Source: Caldilineales bacterium (lineage in GTDB: Bacteria; Chloroflexota; Anaerolineae; JAAEKA01). From it: a stretch of DNA of 64,000 nucleotides. Below the pieces are notes generated by a model that worked only from the letters and a program-made list of their open reading frames with translations, did not search any database and was not told where the DNA came from. A program made the position numbers and the translations under genes. The DNA lies in NCBI GenBank assembly GCA_025055015.1, contig JANWYQ010000007.1:1440-65439 (forward strand). The letters run 5' to 3'. Of the stretch, positions 47,817-58,094 are shown one piece after another; position 1 is the first letter of the stretch, and each line of letters begins with the position of its first letter.

Positions 47817-47844
47817 TTGTGCGGGGCCCGTCGCTGGATATAAT
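47817..47844 (+). promoter_or_regulatory. sigma70-type promoter placing the TSS about 2-4 nt before the GT2 start codon
   Basis: TTGTGC-16 nt-TATAAT. The -10 ends 10 nt before the ATG at 47855. Confidence 0.45.
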
Positions 47845-47854
47845 CGAAAGCACT

Positions 47855-48880
47855 ATGCGCGTCTCTGTCATCTGCACAGTGCTCAACGAGAAGGAGGCCA
47901 TCGGCCGGCTGCTGGACAGCCTGGCGGCGCAGACGCGGCCGCCGGACGAGGTGGTGATCGTGGACGGCGGCAGCACCGACGGCACCCAGGCGGCCATCCT
48001 TGGCTACGCCGGCCGCCTGCCGCTGAAGCTCTCCGAGGCGCGGGGCGCCAACATCAGCCGGGGGCGCAACCTGGCCGTGCGCCGCTCCACCGGGGAGGTG
48101 ATCGCCAGCACCGACGCCGGCGTGTGGCTGGAGCCGCAGTGGCTGGAGCACCTCTTGGAGCCCCTGGCCGCCCTGCCGGCGGAGGAGCGAAGGCGCAGCT
48201 GCCGCGCGGTGGCCGGCTTCTTCCAGGCCGACCCGCGCACCACCTTCGAGCTGGCCCTCGGCGCCACCACCCTGCCCATGGCCGACGAGATCAAGCCCGA
48301 TCGCTTCCTGCCCAGCAGCCGCTCGGTGGCCTTCACCCGCGTCGCGTTCGAGGCCAGCGGCGGCTACCCGGAGTGGCTGGACTACTGCGAGGACCTGATC
48401 TTCGACTTCCGTGTCCTCGACCGCTGCGGCCCCTTCGCCTGGGCGCCGCAGGCCGTGGCCCACTTCCGGCCGCGGCCCACCCTGGGCAGCTTCTTCAAGC
48501 AATACTACCGCTACGCGCGTGGGGACGGCAAAGCGGACCTCTGGCGCAAACGCCACGCCATCCGCTACGGCACCTATCTGGTGGCCCTGCCTCTGCTCCT
48601 GCTGCTGACCCTGCTCCACCACCCGGCCTGGAGCCTGGCGCTGCTGGCCGGCATGGCCGCCTACTGCCGCCGGCCTGTCCTGCGCCTGCGCCGCCAGTGG
48701 GCGGGCTACGGCTGGCCCCAGCGGCTGGCCGCGCTGCTGCTGATCCCGGTGATCCGGGCCACCGGCGACGTGGCCAAGATGCTGGGGTATCCGGCCGGCT
48801 GGCGCTGGCGGCTGGCCAACCGCCATCGGCCGGAGCTACGCTGGCGCGAGGAGCTTGACAGGGGTGGGGAGTATGGCTAG
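47855..48880 (+). CDS. family 2 glycosyltransferase with C-terminal membrane segments
   Basis: '[42 protein letters not shown]' GT2 N-terminus. ATG at 47855. Confidence 0.75.
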   Translation: MRVSVICTVLNEKEAIGRLLDSLAAQTRPPDEVVIVDGGSTDGTQAAILGYAGRLPLKLSEARGANISRGRNLAVRRSTGEVIASTDAGVWLEPQWLEHLLEPLAALPAEERRRSCRAVAGFFQADPRTTFELALGATTLPMADEIKPDRFLPSSRSVAFTRVAFEASGGYPEWLDYCEDLIFDFRVLDRCGPFAWAPQAVAHFRPRPTLGSFFKQYYRYARGDGKADLWRKRHAIRYGTYLVALPLLLLLTLLHHPAWSLALLAGMAAYCRRPVLRLRRQWAGYGWPQRLAALLLIPVIRATGDVAKMLGYPAGWRWRLANRHRPELRWREELDRGGEYG

Positions 48881-48891
48881 ACTTGTGAACG

Positions 48892-49821
48892 ATGTCTCGC
48901 CTTGACCTGGCCGTCATCATCCTGAACTACAACACCCGCGACCTGCTGCGGCGGTGCCTGCAGACGGTGTTCGCCAGCCAGGGCGACCTGCGCTTCAGCG
49001 TGTGCGTGGTGGACAACGCATCCGGCGACGGCAGCGCCGACATGGTGCGCCAGGAGTTCCCCCAGGCCGTGTTGATCGCCAGCCCGGTGAACGGCGGCTT
49101 CTCCTACGGCAACAACCTGGGCCTGCGCCACTACGGCTTCACCGACCGGCCCGGCGCCGGCGACCCCACAGCTACCCCCCGCTACGCCCTGCTGCTCAAC
49201 CCGGACACCGAGGTGCCGCCCACCGCCCTGGCCGACATGGTGGCCTTCATGGACGCCACCCCGGCCTGCGGCGTGGCCGGGCCAAAGCTGGTGCGGCTGG
49301 ACGGCAGCCTGGACCTGGCCTGTCGGCGCTCCTTCCCCACGCCGGAGGTCTCCCTCTACCGCATGCTGGGGCTCAGCAAGCTGTTCCCCCGCAGCCGCCG
49401 CTTTGGCCGCTACAACCTGACCTACCTAGACCCCGACCAGATGGCCGAGGTGGACTCGGTGGTGGGCGCGTTCATGATGGTGCGGGGCGAGGCCATTCAC
49501 CAGGTAGGCCTGTTGGACGAGACCTTCTTCATGTACGGCGAGGACCTGGACTGGGCCTATCGCATCAAGCAGCAAGGGTGGCAGGTGTGGTACCAGCCGG
49601 CGGTGACGGTCCTCCACGTCAAGGAGGCCGCCAGCAAGACCAGCAGCAAGGCCCGGTACGAGTTCTACCGCGCCATGCTCATCTTCTACCGGAAACACTA
49701 CCAGGCGACCACCCCCCGCTGGCTGCACTGGCTGATCGTGGGCGGCATCGGCTTGCGCGGGGGCATTGACGTGGCCGGCCGTCGGCTCTCCCTGCTGATG
49801 CACGGAGGCAGCAAGGCATGA
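48892..49821 (+). CDS. family 2 glycosyltransferase (rhamnosyltransferase-like)
   Basis: 'LAVIILNYNTRDLLRRCL...VVDNASGDGS...NGGFSYGNN...FFMYGEDLDWAYR'. Confidence 0.8.
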   Translation: MSRLDLAVIILNYNTRDLLRRCLQTVFASQGDLRFSVCVVDNASGDGSADMVRQEFPQAVLIASPVNGGFSYGNNLGLRHYGFTDRPGAGDPTATPRYALLLNPDTEVPPTALADMVAFMDATPACGVAGPKLVRLDGSLDLACRRSFPTPEVSLYRMLGLSKLFPRSRRFGRYNLTYLDPDQMAEVDSVVGAFMMVRGEAIHQVGLLDETFFMYGEDLDWAYRIKQQGWQVWYQPAVTVLHVKEAASKTSSKARYEFYRAMLIFYRKHYQATTPRWLHWLIVGGIGLRGGIDVAGRRLSLLMHGGSKA

Positions 49822-51200
49822 AGCGCTCCCACGTACTGCTGGTCATCCTCCAGTTTATCACCGACGCGGTGATGGCCGGCGTGGCCTTTCTGCTGGCCTA
49901 TTGGGTCAACCTGCGCATAGATCCCTCGGTGGGCAGCTTCCGGCCCTACCTGCCCATGGCGGTGATCTTCGTGGCCACGCTGTTGATCGTGCTCTTCTTC
50001 AACCAGCTGTATCGGCGGCGTCGCGGCCAGCCCACCTACGACGAGTTCGTGAAGGTGATGGGCGGCGTGACGGTGGGCACCTTGATCGCCGTCGCCGTGA
50101 TCTCCTTCCTGTTCAAGAACGTCCAGGACTACCGCCGGCCCATGGTCGTGCTGGCCTGGCTGTTCGCCCTGGCGCTGCTGCTGCTCAGCCGGGCGGTCAA
50201 CATCCAGCTCCAGCGCAGCCTGATGCGCCGCGGCATCGGCGCCTACAACATCGTCATCGTGGGCACCGAGGAGGTGGCGCGCCTGGTGTTGCAGAAGATG
50301 CTCCACGCGCCGCAGCTGGGCTACAAGCCGGTGGGGCTGGTGGACGTCAAGGACGGCCCGTCCACCGTCCTGGGGGTGCCGGTGCTGGGCCAGCCGCCCG
50401 ACCTGCCCCGCATCATCGAGGAGCACGACGTAGATGAGGTGATCATCTGTCTGCCGGAGGCCTCGGACGCCGAGCTGATCCGCATCGTCTCCTGGTGCGA
50501 GCGAGAGCGGGTGAGCATCCGCGTCTACCCCGACGTGTTCCAGATCATGGCTTCGCAGGTGAGCATCAGCGACCTGGCCGGCCTGCCGCTGCTCACCATG
50601 CGCGACGTGGCGCTGCGCGGCTGGCACCTGGCCCTCAAGCGGCTGATGGACGTGGTGTTCAGCGCGGTGGGGCTGGTGTTGCTCTCGCCGCTGATGATGC
50701 TCACGGCGCTGCTGATCAAGCTGGAGTCGCCTGGGCCGGTGTTCTACATCCAAGAGCGCATGGGCCTGGACGCCAAGCCCTTCCCCATGATCAAGTTCCG
50801 CTCCATGCGGGTGGACGCGGAGCAGAACGGGCCCGGCTGGACGACGCCCGGCGACCCGCGGCGCACCCGCTTCGGCGCTATCATCCGCCGCTTCTCCTTG
50901 GACGAGCTGCCGCAGCTCATCAACGTGCTGGTAGGGGACATGAGCCTGGTGGGCCCGCGGCCGGAGCGGCCGGTCTACGTGGAGCAGTTCCGCCAGAGCA
51001 TCCCCCGCTACATGGATCGCCACCGCGAGAAGGCCGGCATCACCGGCTGGGCCCAGGTCAACGGACTGCGCGGCGACACCTCCATCGCCGAGCGCACCAA
51101 GTACGACCTGTGGTACATCGAGAACTGGTCGTTGGGGCTGGACCTGCGCATCCTCCTGCGCACGGTGCTGCGCATCTTCACCGACCGCCAGGCCTACTGA
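49818..51200 (+). CDS. polyprenyl-phosphate sugar phosphotransferase (WbaP/EpsB-like initiating enzyme)
   Basis: N-terminal TM bundle. C-terminal 'RMGLDAKPFPMIKFRSMRVDAE...DELPQLINVLVGDMSLVGPRPERP...KAGITGWAQVNG'. Confidence 0.85.
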   Translation: MKRSHVLLVILQFITDAVMAGVAFLLAYWVNLRIDPSVGSFRPYLPMAVIFVATLLIVLFFNQLYRRRRGQPTYDEFVKVMGGVTVGTLIAVAVISFLFKNVQDYRRPMVVLAWLFALALLLLSRAVNIQLQRSLMRRGIGAYNIVIVGTEEVARLVLQKMLHAPQLGYKPVGLVDVKDGPSTVLGVPVLGQPPDLPRIIEEHDVDEVIICLPEASDAELIRIVSWCERERVSIRVYPDVFQIMASQVSISDLAGLPLLTMRDVALRGWHLALKRLMDVVFSAVGLVLLSPLMMLTALLIKLESPGPVFYIQERMGLDAKPFPMIKFRSMRVDAEQNGPGWTTPGDPRRTRFGAIIRRFSLDELPQLINVLVGDMSLVGPRPERPVYVEQFRQSIPRYMDRHREKAGITGWAQVNGLRGDTSIAERTKYDLWYIENWSLGLDLRILLRTVLRIFTDRQAY

Positions 51201-51213
51201 TCTGGAGCACCCT

Positions 51214-51399
51214 ATGGTCACTCAAGCCGCCCGGGAGCTCTTTGCCCTTCTCAACCTGCTGGCTGGCGCCGGCCTGTTTCTGATCCTGGTAGCCTATGTG
51301 CTCTTCGCGCGGCCGGTCCGGGCGGCGTTTGCCCTCCTGTTGTTGCTGGTGGTCCTCCTGTGCGCGGTGAACGCTGCCGTGGTCTACTTCCTGGTCTAG
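51214..51399 (+). CDS. small hydrophobic protein (2 TM), hypothetical
   Basis: 61 aa, two clear hydrophobic helices, sits 13 nt after the sugar transferase. No family recognised. Confidence 0.3.
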   Translation: MVTQAARELFALLNLLAGAGLFLILVAYVLFARPVRAAFALLLLLVVLLCAVNAAVVYFLV

Positions 51400-51495
51400 T
51401 TCGGGGGGCGGCTCGGTAGCGCAGGCGGGGGCACAGGCCGTCGGGGCCCACGGCGAGGCTTGTAGTCTTGCCGACCGTGGCTTCCCAGGCCTGTT

Positions 51496-51524
51496 TTGAC
51501 TTCTGCTCCGGTTCGTGGTATCAT
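51496..51524 (+). promoter_or_regulatory. sigma70-type promoter of the hrcA-grpE-dnaK operon
   Basis: TTGACT-17 nt-TATCAT, immediately upstream of CIRCE. Confidence 0.7.
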
Positions 51525-51537
51525 GTGGGCGCAGCAG

Positions 51538-51564
51538 TTAGCACTCTCAAGCCGAGAGTGCTAA
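51538..51564 (+). promoter_or_regulatory. CIRCE operator (HrcA binding site)
   Basis: TTAGCACTC-N9-GAGTGCTAA is a perfect match to the CIRCE consensus inverted repeat. Confidence 0.95.
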
Positions 51565-51635
51565 AAACCGGGTTACATCGCCGATGTAGCACCCCGGCAA
51601 GCCGTTGTGCTACACGACGTGGCAAGCAAGAGACC

Positions 51636-52658
51636 GTGGCCGAGCTCAGTCCTCGCACCCGGGCCGTGCTGGCCTTGGTGGTGCAAGAATACATCAGCAC
51701 AGCCCAGCCCGTGGGCTCCAAGACCATCGTGGAGGCCTACGGGCTCAAGGTCAGCCCAGCCACCATCCGCAACGAGATGAAGCTGCTGGAGGAGCTGGGC
51801 TACCTGACGCATCCCCACACCTCGGCCGGCCGCGTGCCCACCCAGGAGGGCTATCGCTACTTCGTCGAGCACCTGCTGCCCGATCAGCCGCTGTCGGTGG
51901 ACGACCAGCTCATGATCCAGCACCAGTTCTACCAGGTGCGGCAGGAGTTCGACCAGTGGGCGCAGCTGGCGGCCGCGGTGCTGGCCCACACCTCGCGCAT
52001 GGCCGGCCTGGCGACCCCCCTGCGCATTGACACCTCTCGCTTCAAGCACGTGGAGCTGGTGGAGGTGCGCGAGGGGCTGGTGCTGATGGTGTTGGTGCTC
52101 TACCAGGGCGTGGTGCGGCAGCAGCTCATCCACCTGGACCGCTCCATGAGCCAGGAGGAGCTCAGCCAGCTCTCCAACCAGCTCAACGCGCTGCTGGGCG
52201 GCAAGACCGCAGCCGAGATCGAGGCGATGGTCCTGCCGCTCTCCGCCTTTGGCCAGCGGGTGCAGCGCATGATCAGCGCGCTGATGAGCCGCGAGGACCA
52301 GGCCGGCACCGAGATGGTCTACCGCGAGGGGCTGAGCCACATCTTGGCCCAGCCGGAGTTCGCCAACGCCGACGAGGTCCACCAGGTGGTGGCGGTGCTG
52401 GAGCAGCCGCCGCTGCTGGGCTCCATCTTCGAGGACGTGCGGCGGAACCCCGGCGTCCAGGTGATGATCAGCGGCGGCGGCCAGTACCAGGCCCTGCGCG
52501 ACCTGAGCCTGGTGCTCTCTCGGTACGGCATGGACGAGAGCATGGCCGGCGTGCTGGGCGTGGTGGGCCCGGTGCGCATGCCCTACGGCCGGGTGATCGC
52601 CCTCGTCCGCTACGTGGCCAAGCTGATGAGCGACATGGTGAGCGAGTGGTACGCTTGA
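51636..52658 (+). CDS. hrcA: heat-inducible transcription repressor HrcA
   Basis: 'LSPRTRAVLALVVQEYISTAQPVGSKTIVE...VSPATIRNEMKLLEELGYLTHPHTSAGRVPT'. GTG start at 51636, downstream of CIRCE. Confidence 0.85.
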   Translation: MAELSPRTRAVLALVVQEYISTAQPVGSKTIVEAYGLKVSPATIRNEMKLLEELGYLTHPHTSAGRVPTQEGYRYFVEHLLPDQPLSVDDQLMIQHQFYQVRQEFDQWAQLAAAVLAHTSRMAGLATPLRIDTSRFKHVELVEVREGLVLMVLVLYQGVVRQQLIHLDRSMSQEELSQLSNQLNALLGGKTAAEIEAMVLPLSAFGQRVQRMISALMSREDQAGTEMVYREGLSHILAQPEFANADEVHQVVAVLEQPPLLGSIFEDVRRNPGVQVMISGGGQYQALRDLSLVLSRYGMDESMAGVLGVVGPVRMPYGRVIALVRYVAKLMSDMVSEWYA

Positions 52659-52726
52659 CCGCCCTAAGCGGTCAGCGGCCCGGTTTGAACGGCTGAAAAG
52701 AGAAACCCCAAAGCAGCGAGACACGT

Positions 52727-53359
52727 ATGAACGATCACAAGGACACAACCTTTGAGGCGGTGCAGGCGCCCCAGGCGACACCGGTCGAGGAGGCTAGCCC
52801 TCAACCGGAAGCCGCGCCGGGGGATGCAGCCCCTGCGCCGGCCTGGCAAGCGCTGATACAAGCCGCTGAGGAAGGCGCCGCCGACCTGAGCGACCCGGTG
52901 GTGCAGCTGGTCCAGGAGTACAAGGAGGCTGTCAAGGCGCGCGACGCGTGGGAGGACAAGTACCTGCGGGCGGCCGCGGACTTCGCCAACGCCAAGCGCC
53001 GGGCCGAGATGCGGGCCGACAGCCAGATCCTGGCCGCGCGCGAGCGCATCCTGGCTGCCATCCTTCCGGTGCTGGACGACTTCGAGCGGGCCTTCAAGGC
53101 GGTGCCCGCCGAGGCGCAGCAGTCCCCCTGGGTGGAGGGCTTCGCGCTGATCCAGCGCAAGCTGCGGGCCACCCTGGAGCGGGAGGGCGTGACGGAGATC
53201 CAGGCCGAGGGCCAGCCCTTCGATCCCGTGCTGCACCAGGCCGTGGTCAGCGAGCCGGCGGCCGGGGTCGAGCCGGGCACCGTGATCGAGGTCCTGCAAA
53301 AGGGCTACACCCTGGAGGGTCGCGTCCTGCGCCCCAGCATGGTGAAAGTCGCACAGTAA
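52727..53359 (+). CDS. grpE: nucleotide exchange factor GrpE
   Basis: '[18 protein letters not shown]...[11 protein letters not shown]...FDPVLHQAV...[23 protein letters not shown]'. Confidence 0.9.
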   Translation: MNDHKDTTFEAVQAPQATPVEEASPQPEAAPGDAAPAPAWQALIQAAEEGAADLSDPVVQLVQEYKEAVKARDAWEDKYLRAAADFANAKRRAEMRADSQILAARERILAAILPVLDDFERAFKAVPAEAQQSPWVEGFALIQRKLRATLEREGVTEIQAEGQPFDPVLHQAVVSEPAAGVEPGTVIEVLQKGYTLEGRVLRPSMVKVAQ

Positions 53360-53426
53360 AATCCATCGCCAACAGCAGACATCCCGACCAACGGACTCTT
53401 TCGCTCGGCAAGGAGAACAGACGACC

Positions 53427-55310
<1,884 letters not shown>

Positions 55311-55328
55311 TTGGTGCGGACTACCGCA

Positions 55329-55364
55329 AACGCCCTGCAGCGGCCTAGCCCTGCAGGGCGTTTT
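55329..55364 (+). terminator. intrinsic terminator after dnaK
   Basis: AACGCCCTGCAG-(10 nt)-CTGCAGGGCGTT followed by TT. Confidence 0.6.
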
Positions 55365-55382
55365 ACACCCAGGAGGACACGC

Positions 55383-55793
55383 ATGGACGAACAGAGAGAG
55401 GCCCACGAGGGCGGTTTCGCCCAGTTTCGGGCGGAGTGGGAGGCGGAGTGGGCGCAGCTCAGCGCGGGGCTGGCCGAGCTCGGCCGCCGCATCGCCGAGC
55501 AGGTCGCGCAGGCGATGGCCGGGATCAACTTCGAGGCCATCGGCCGAGAGGCGGCTGAGGCCGCCCGGCGGGCCGCCGAGGCCAGCTGGACCTCAACGGT
55601 CGGTTGGAGGCACAGCCGAGCCTGGCGCGGGCCCATGCACGTCCACGTGGACATCGGCGCTCGCGCCGGCCAAGAGGAGCCGGCCGCGCCGTCCGACAGC
55701 CGCGCCCAAGAGCGCATGATGGTGCTGAACATGGTGGCCGAGGGCAAGATCACCGCCGAGGAAGGCGCCCGCCTGCTGGAAGCTCTGGGGTGA
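55383..55793 (+). CDS. hypothetical protein with C-terminal 'ERMMVLNMVAEGKITAEEGARLLEAL' helix motif (SHOCT-like/YvlB-N-like)
   Basis: AGGAGG SD 7 nt upstream of the ATG at 55383. The C-terminal motif is shared with the ORF at 56922. Confidence 0.5.
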   Translation: MDEQREAHEGGFAQFRAEWEAEWAQLSAGLAELGRRIAEQVAQAMAGINFEAIGREAAEAARRAAEASWTSTVGWRHSRAWRGPMHVHVDIGARAGQEEPAAPSDSRAQERMMVLNMVAEGKITAEEGARLLEALG

Positions 55794-55887
55794 GGCCTAG
55801 TCGCTGTGATTTGCCAATTGAGCCGGGTTGCGCGATGATAGGGAAACACTATCAGCCCTTCCCCTGCCTGACCTGACTTTCTGCGCC

Positions 55888-56892
55888 ATGAACGCTCAGC
55901 TCATCGCCGACACCGCGGCCGTCGTGGACGGCATTCGGCCTCTCAACCCGCAGCGCGACCTGCGCCAGGTGGCCGATCTGATCGAGGAGGCCTTCGCCGG
56001 CGAGCTGGAGGCGGGGGGCCTGGCGGCGCTGCGCGACATGCGCCTGCTGTCGCACATGGGGCCGCTGGTGGGGTTGATGGCGCGCTCCGATCCCCTGGTG
56101 GAGGACGTGTTGGGCGGCTTTGTATGGGTGAGCGGCGGCCAGGTGGTGGGCAACGTGACCCTGCAGCGCATCGACTCCGCCGGCTCCCGCTGGCAGATCG
56201 CCAACGTGGCCGTGGCCAGGTCCCACCGCGGGCAGGGTATCGGCAGGGCGCTGATGGAGGCTGCGCTGGAGCGCATCGCCGAGCGCCGGGGCTCTTGGGC
56301 GGTGCTGCAGGTGCGGGCTGACAACGCAGTGGCCCTCCAGCTCTACCAGAGCCTGGGCTTCGAGGTGGTCACCCACGAGGTGGTGATGCAGCTGGAGCGC
56401 GTGCGCCAGGTGCCGGAGGTCCAGGAGCCCCCGGCCGAGCTGCGCCCCTATCACCACTCGGAGTGGCAGGCCCGCTACGAGCTGGAGTGCGCCGCCCACA
56501 CCAGCCTGGACCAGTGGTGGCGGCCAGTGCGTCCCCACCAGTTCTGGGAGAGCACAGAGAGCCGCCTGGCCGCTCGGCTTTGGGAGCTGTTGGGCCGCAA
56601 CCGGGTGCGACGCTGGGTGGTGCCGGGGCGCCATGGCCTCCAGGCCTGGCTCAGCGTGGACGCCCGGCGCTGGGATGGCATCCATCGCCTGCAGATCACC
56701 GTCCATCCCGCCCATCGCGGGGAGCTGGAAGAAGGGCTCACCGCCTTTGCCCTGCGCTTCCTGGCCGCCTACCCTCGTTGGCCGGTGCGCATCGAGCAAC
56801 ATGGACACCACCCGGAGCTGGTGGCCGCGCTCCAGCGCTGGGGGTTCGCCACCGTTCGCCACCACTTGGCTATGCGCCGGCGCGTGGACTGA
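55888..56892 (+). CDS. GNAT-family N-acetyltransferase with C-terminal extension
   Basis: 'VVGNVTLQRI...IANVAVARSHRGQGIGRALMEAALERI...AVLQVRADNAVALQLYQSLGFEV' acetyl-CoA binding motif. Start is ATG 55888 or TTG 55828. Confidence 0.65.
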   Translation: MNAQLIADTAAVVDGIRPLNPQRDLRQVADLIEEAFAGELEAGGLAALRDMRLLSHMGPLVGLMARSDPLVEDVLGGFVWVSGGQVVGNVTLQRIDSAGSRWQIANVAVARSHRGQGIGRALMEAALERIAERRGSWAVLQVRADNAVALQLYQSLGFEVVTHEVVMQLERVRQVPEVQEPPAELRPYHHSEWQARYELECAAHTSLDQWWRPVRPHQFWESTESRLAARLWELLGRNRVRRWVVPGRHGLQAWLSVDARRWDGIHRLQITVHPAHRGELEEGLTAFALRFLAAYPRWPVRIEQHGHHPELVAALQRWGFATVRHHLAMRRRVD

Positions 56893-56921
56893 AAAGACCG
56901 CTGGCGGGAGCAAGAGCACCG

Positions 56922-57296
56922 ATGGCTGCCTCCGAGGAGCGCCTGCGCATCTTGCAGATGGTGGAGCAGGGACGGCTAACCGCCGAGGAGGGCCTGCGCC
57001 TGCTGGAGGCGTTGGCAGCCGGCCGCCGCGAGCGTCGAGAGGACACGACGGCAGAGGCCAGCGCCTCTCCGCGCTGGCTCCGGGTACGAGTGACCGACCT
57101 GCGGACCGGCAAGCAGAAGGTCAACGTCAACATCCCCCTGCGCCTGGTCAACGTGGGCGTGAAGATGGGGGCCCGCTTCGCCCCCGAGCTGGCGGAGATG
57201 GACGTGCTCGAGGTGGCGCGCTCCGGCGTCAGCGGAAAGCTGCTGGACGTGGAGAACGTCGAGGAAGGGGAACGGGTGGAGATCTTCGTGGACTAA
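56922..57296 (+). CDS. small protein with N-terminal 'EERLRILQMVEQGRLTAEEGLRLLEAL' helix motif plus beta-rich C-terminal domain
   Basis: In-frame ATG at 56922 within a junk-extended ORF. The motif is shared with 55383-55793. A terminator follows. Confidence 0.55.
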   Translation: MAASEERLRILQMVEQGRLTAEEGLRLLEALAAGRRERREDTTAEASASPRWLRVRVTDLRTGKQKVNVNIPLRLVNVGVKMGARFAPELAEMDVLEVARSGVSGKLLDVENVEEGERVEIFVD

Positions 57297-57342
57297 CGCC
57301 GCAGCACAGCTCCCTGAGAGCTGCGCTGCGGCTTCCTAGCAA

Positions 57343-57380
57343 ACGAGGCCAGCGCGGTCGGCGCTGGCCTCGTCGTTTTT
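57343..57380 (+). terminator. intrinsic terminator
   Basis: ACGAGGCCAGCGC-GGTCG-GCGCTGGCCTCGT followed by CGTTTTT. Confidence 0.7.
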
Positions 57381-57424
57381 GCGCGTTAGCCGGACGCCCT
57401 TCGGCGCTCCGGGCTAGGTGTGGC

Positions 57425-57838
57425 TCAGGCGGCGCGGGCCTGGCGCTGGAGCTGGGGGCGGAACTTGTAGTTGTAGATGATCACGCCCTCCTCCCCCTGC
57501 TCCTGGATCTTGCGGGTGACCATCTCCACCGGCATGCCGATGGTCACCTCCTCCGGGGACACGTCGGTGAGCTGGGCGGTCACCATCGGGCCCTCCTCCA
57601 GCTTGACCAAGGCCACCGGGTAGGGCGCGAACTCGCCGAAGCCGGCCGGCGCATCGTACACCGTGGTGTAGGAGTACACGGTGCCGCGGCCGCTGAGGGC
57701 CATCTGCGTCTGCGCCGGCTCAGCGCAGTAGGGGCAGACGTCCCGCGGGGGGAAGATCGCGTTGTGGCAGTGATCGCAGCGCTCACCCACCAGGCTGTAG
57801 CGCTGTCGTCGGGTTCGCCAGGTTCTTGCAACAGTCAT
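57425..57838 (-). CDS. DUF35 OB-fold/zinc-ribbon protein (thiolase/HMG-CoA synthase scaffold type)
   Basis: 'LVGERCDHCHNAIFPPRDVCPYC' rubredoxin-like zinc ribbon, then OB-fold 'GTVYSYTTVY...PYPVALVKLEEGPMVTAQL'. Confidence 0.75.
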   Translation of the reverse strand: MTVARTWRTRRQRYSLVGERCDHCHNAIFPPRDVCPYCAEPAQTQMALSGRGTVYSYTTVYDAPAGFGEFAPYPVALVKLEEGPMVTAQLTDVSPEEVTIGMPVEMVTRKIQEQGEEGVIIYNYKFRPQLQRQARAA

Positions 57839-58094
57839 GGAACAAATCTCCTTGTCTTCTGGGTGTTTTCGGCTCTCTTTCGGACGTCGACTCGGGCGGC
57901 GCCGGTGGTTCACACGCCCACGCGCAAACCGCCCTGCTTGCTGGCCAAGATTGGGACCGGCTCCATGCGGTCGGGCACCATTCTAGCACGCTGACCTTGT
58001 CAAAACCTATCAACCTATGGTGCGACAGCTCTCAAAGTGGCCGTTGATAGCTTTTGACAGCTTTTGTTAACGCCTTCACATCCCTCGGCCGCCG

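Noticed and set aside
47714-48826. N-terminal part of the 540-aa ORF ending as the BFN nuclease
   Set aside because: It is antisense to the GT2 gene. The DUF151 homology starts at the ATG at 47713.
51445-51467. CGGCGAGGCTTGTAGTCTTGCCG, resembling the BFN terminator hairpin at 47118-47139
   Set aside because: There are only two copies, the second is degenerate with wobble pairs, and there is no U-tract. The evidence is insufficient to call a repeat family.
57998-58003. TTGACA inside the mevalonate motif read as a -35 box
   Set aside because: The distance to the nearest TAnAAT hexamers is only 12 nt (copy A) and 14 nt (copy C). Convincing promoters in this window (tatA, hrcA, dnaB, LysM) use 16-17 nt spacers.
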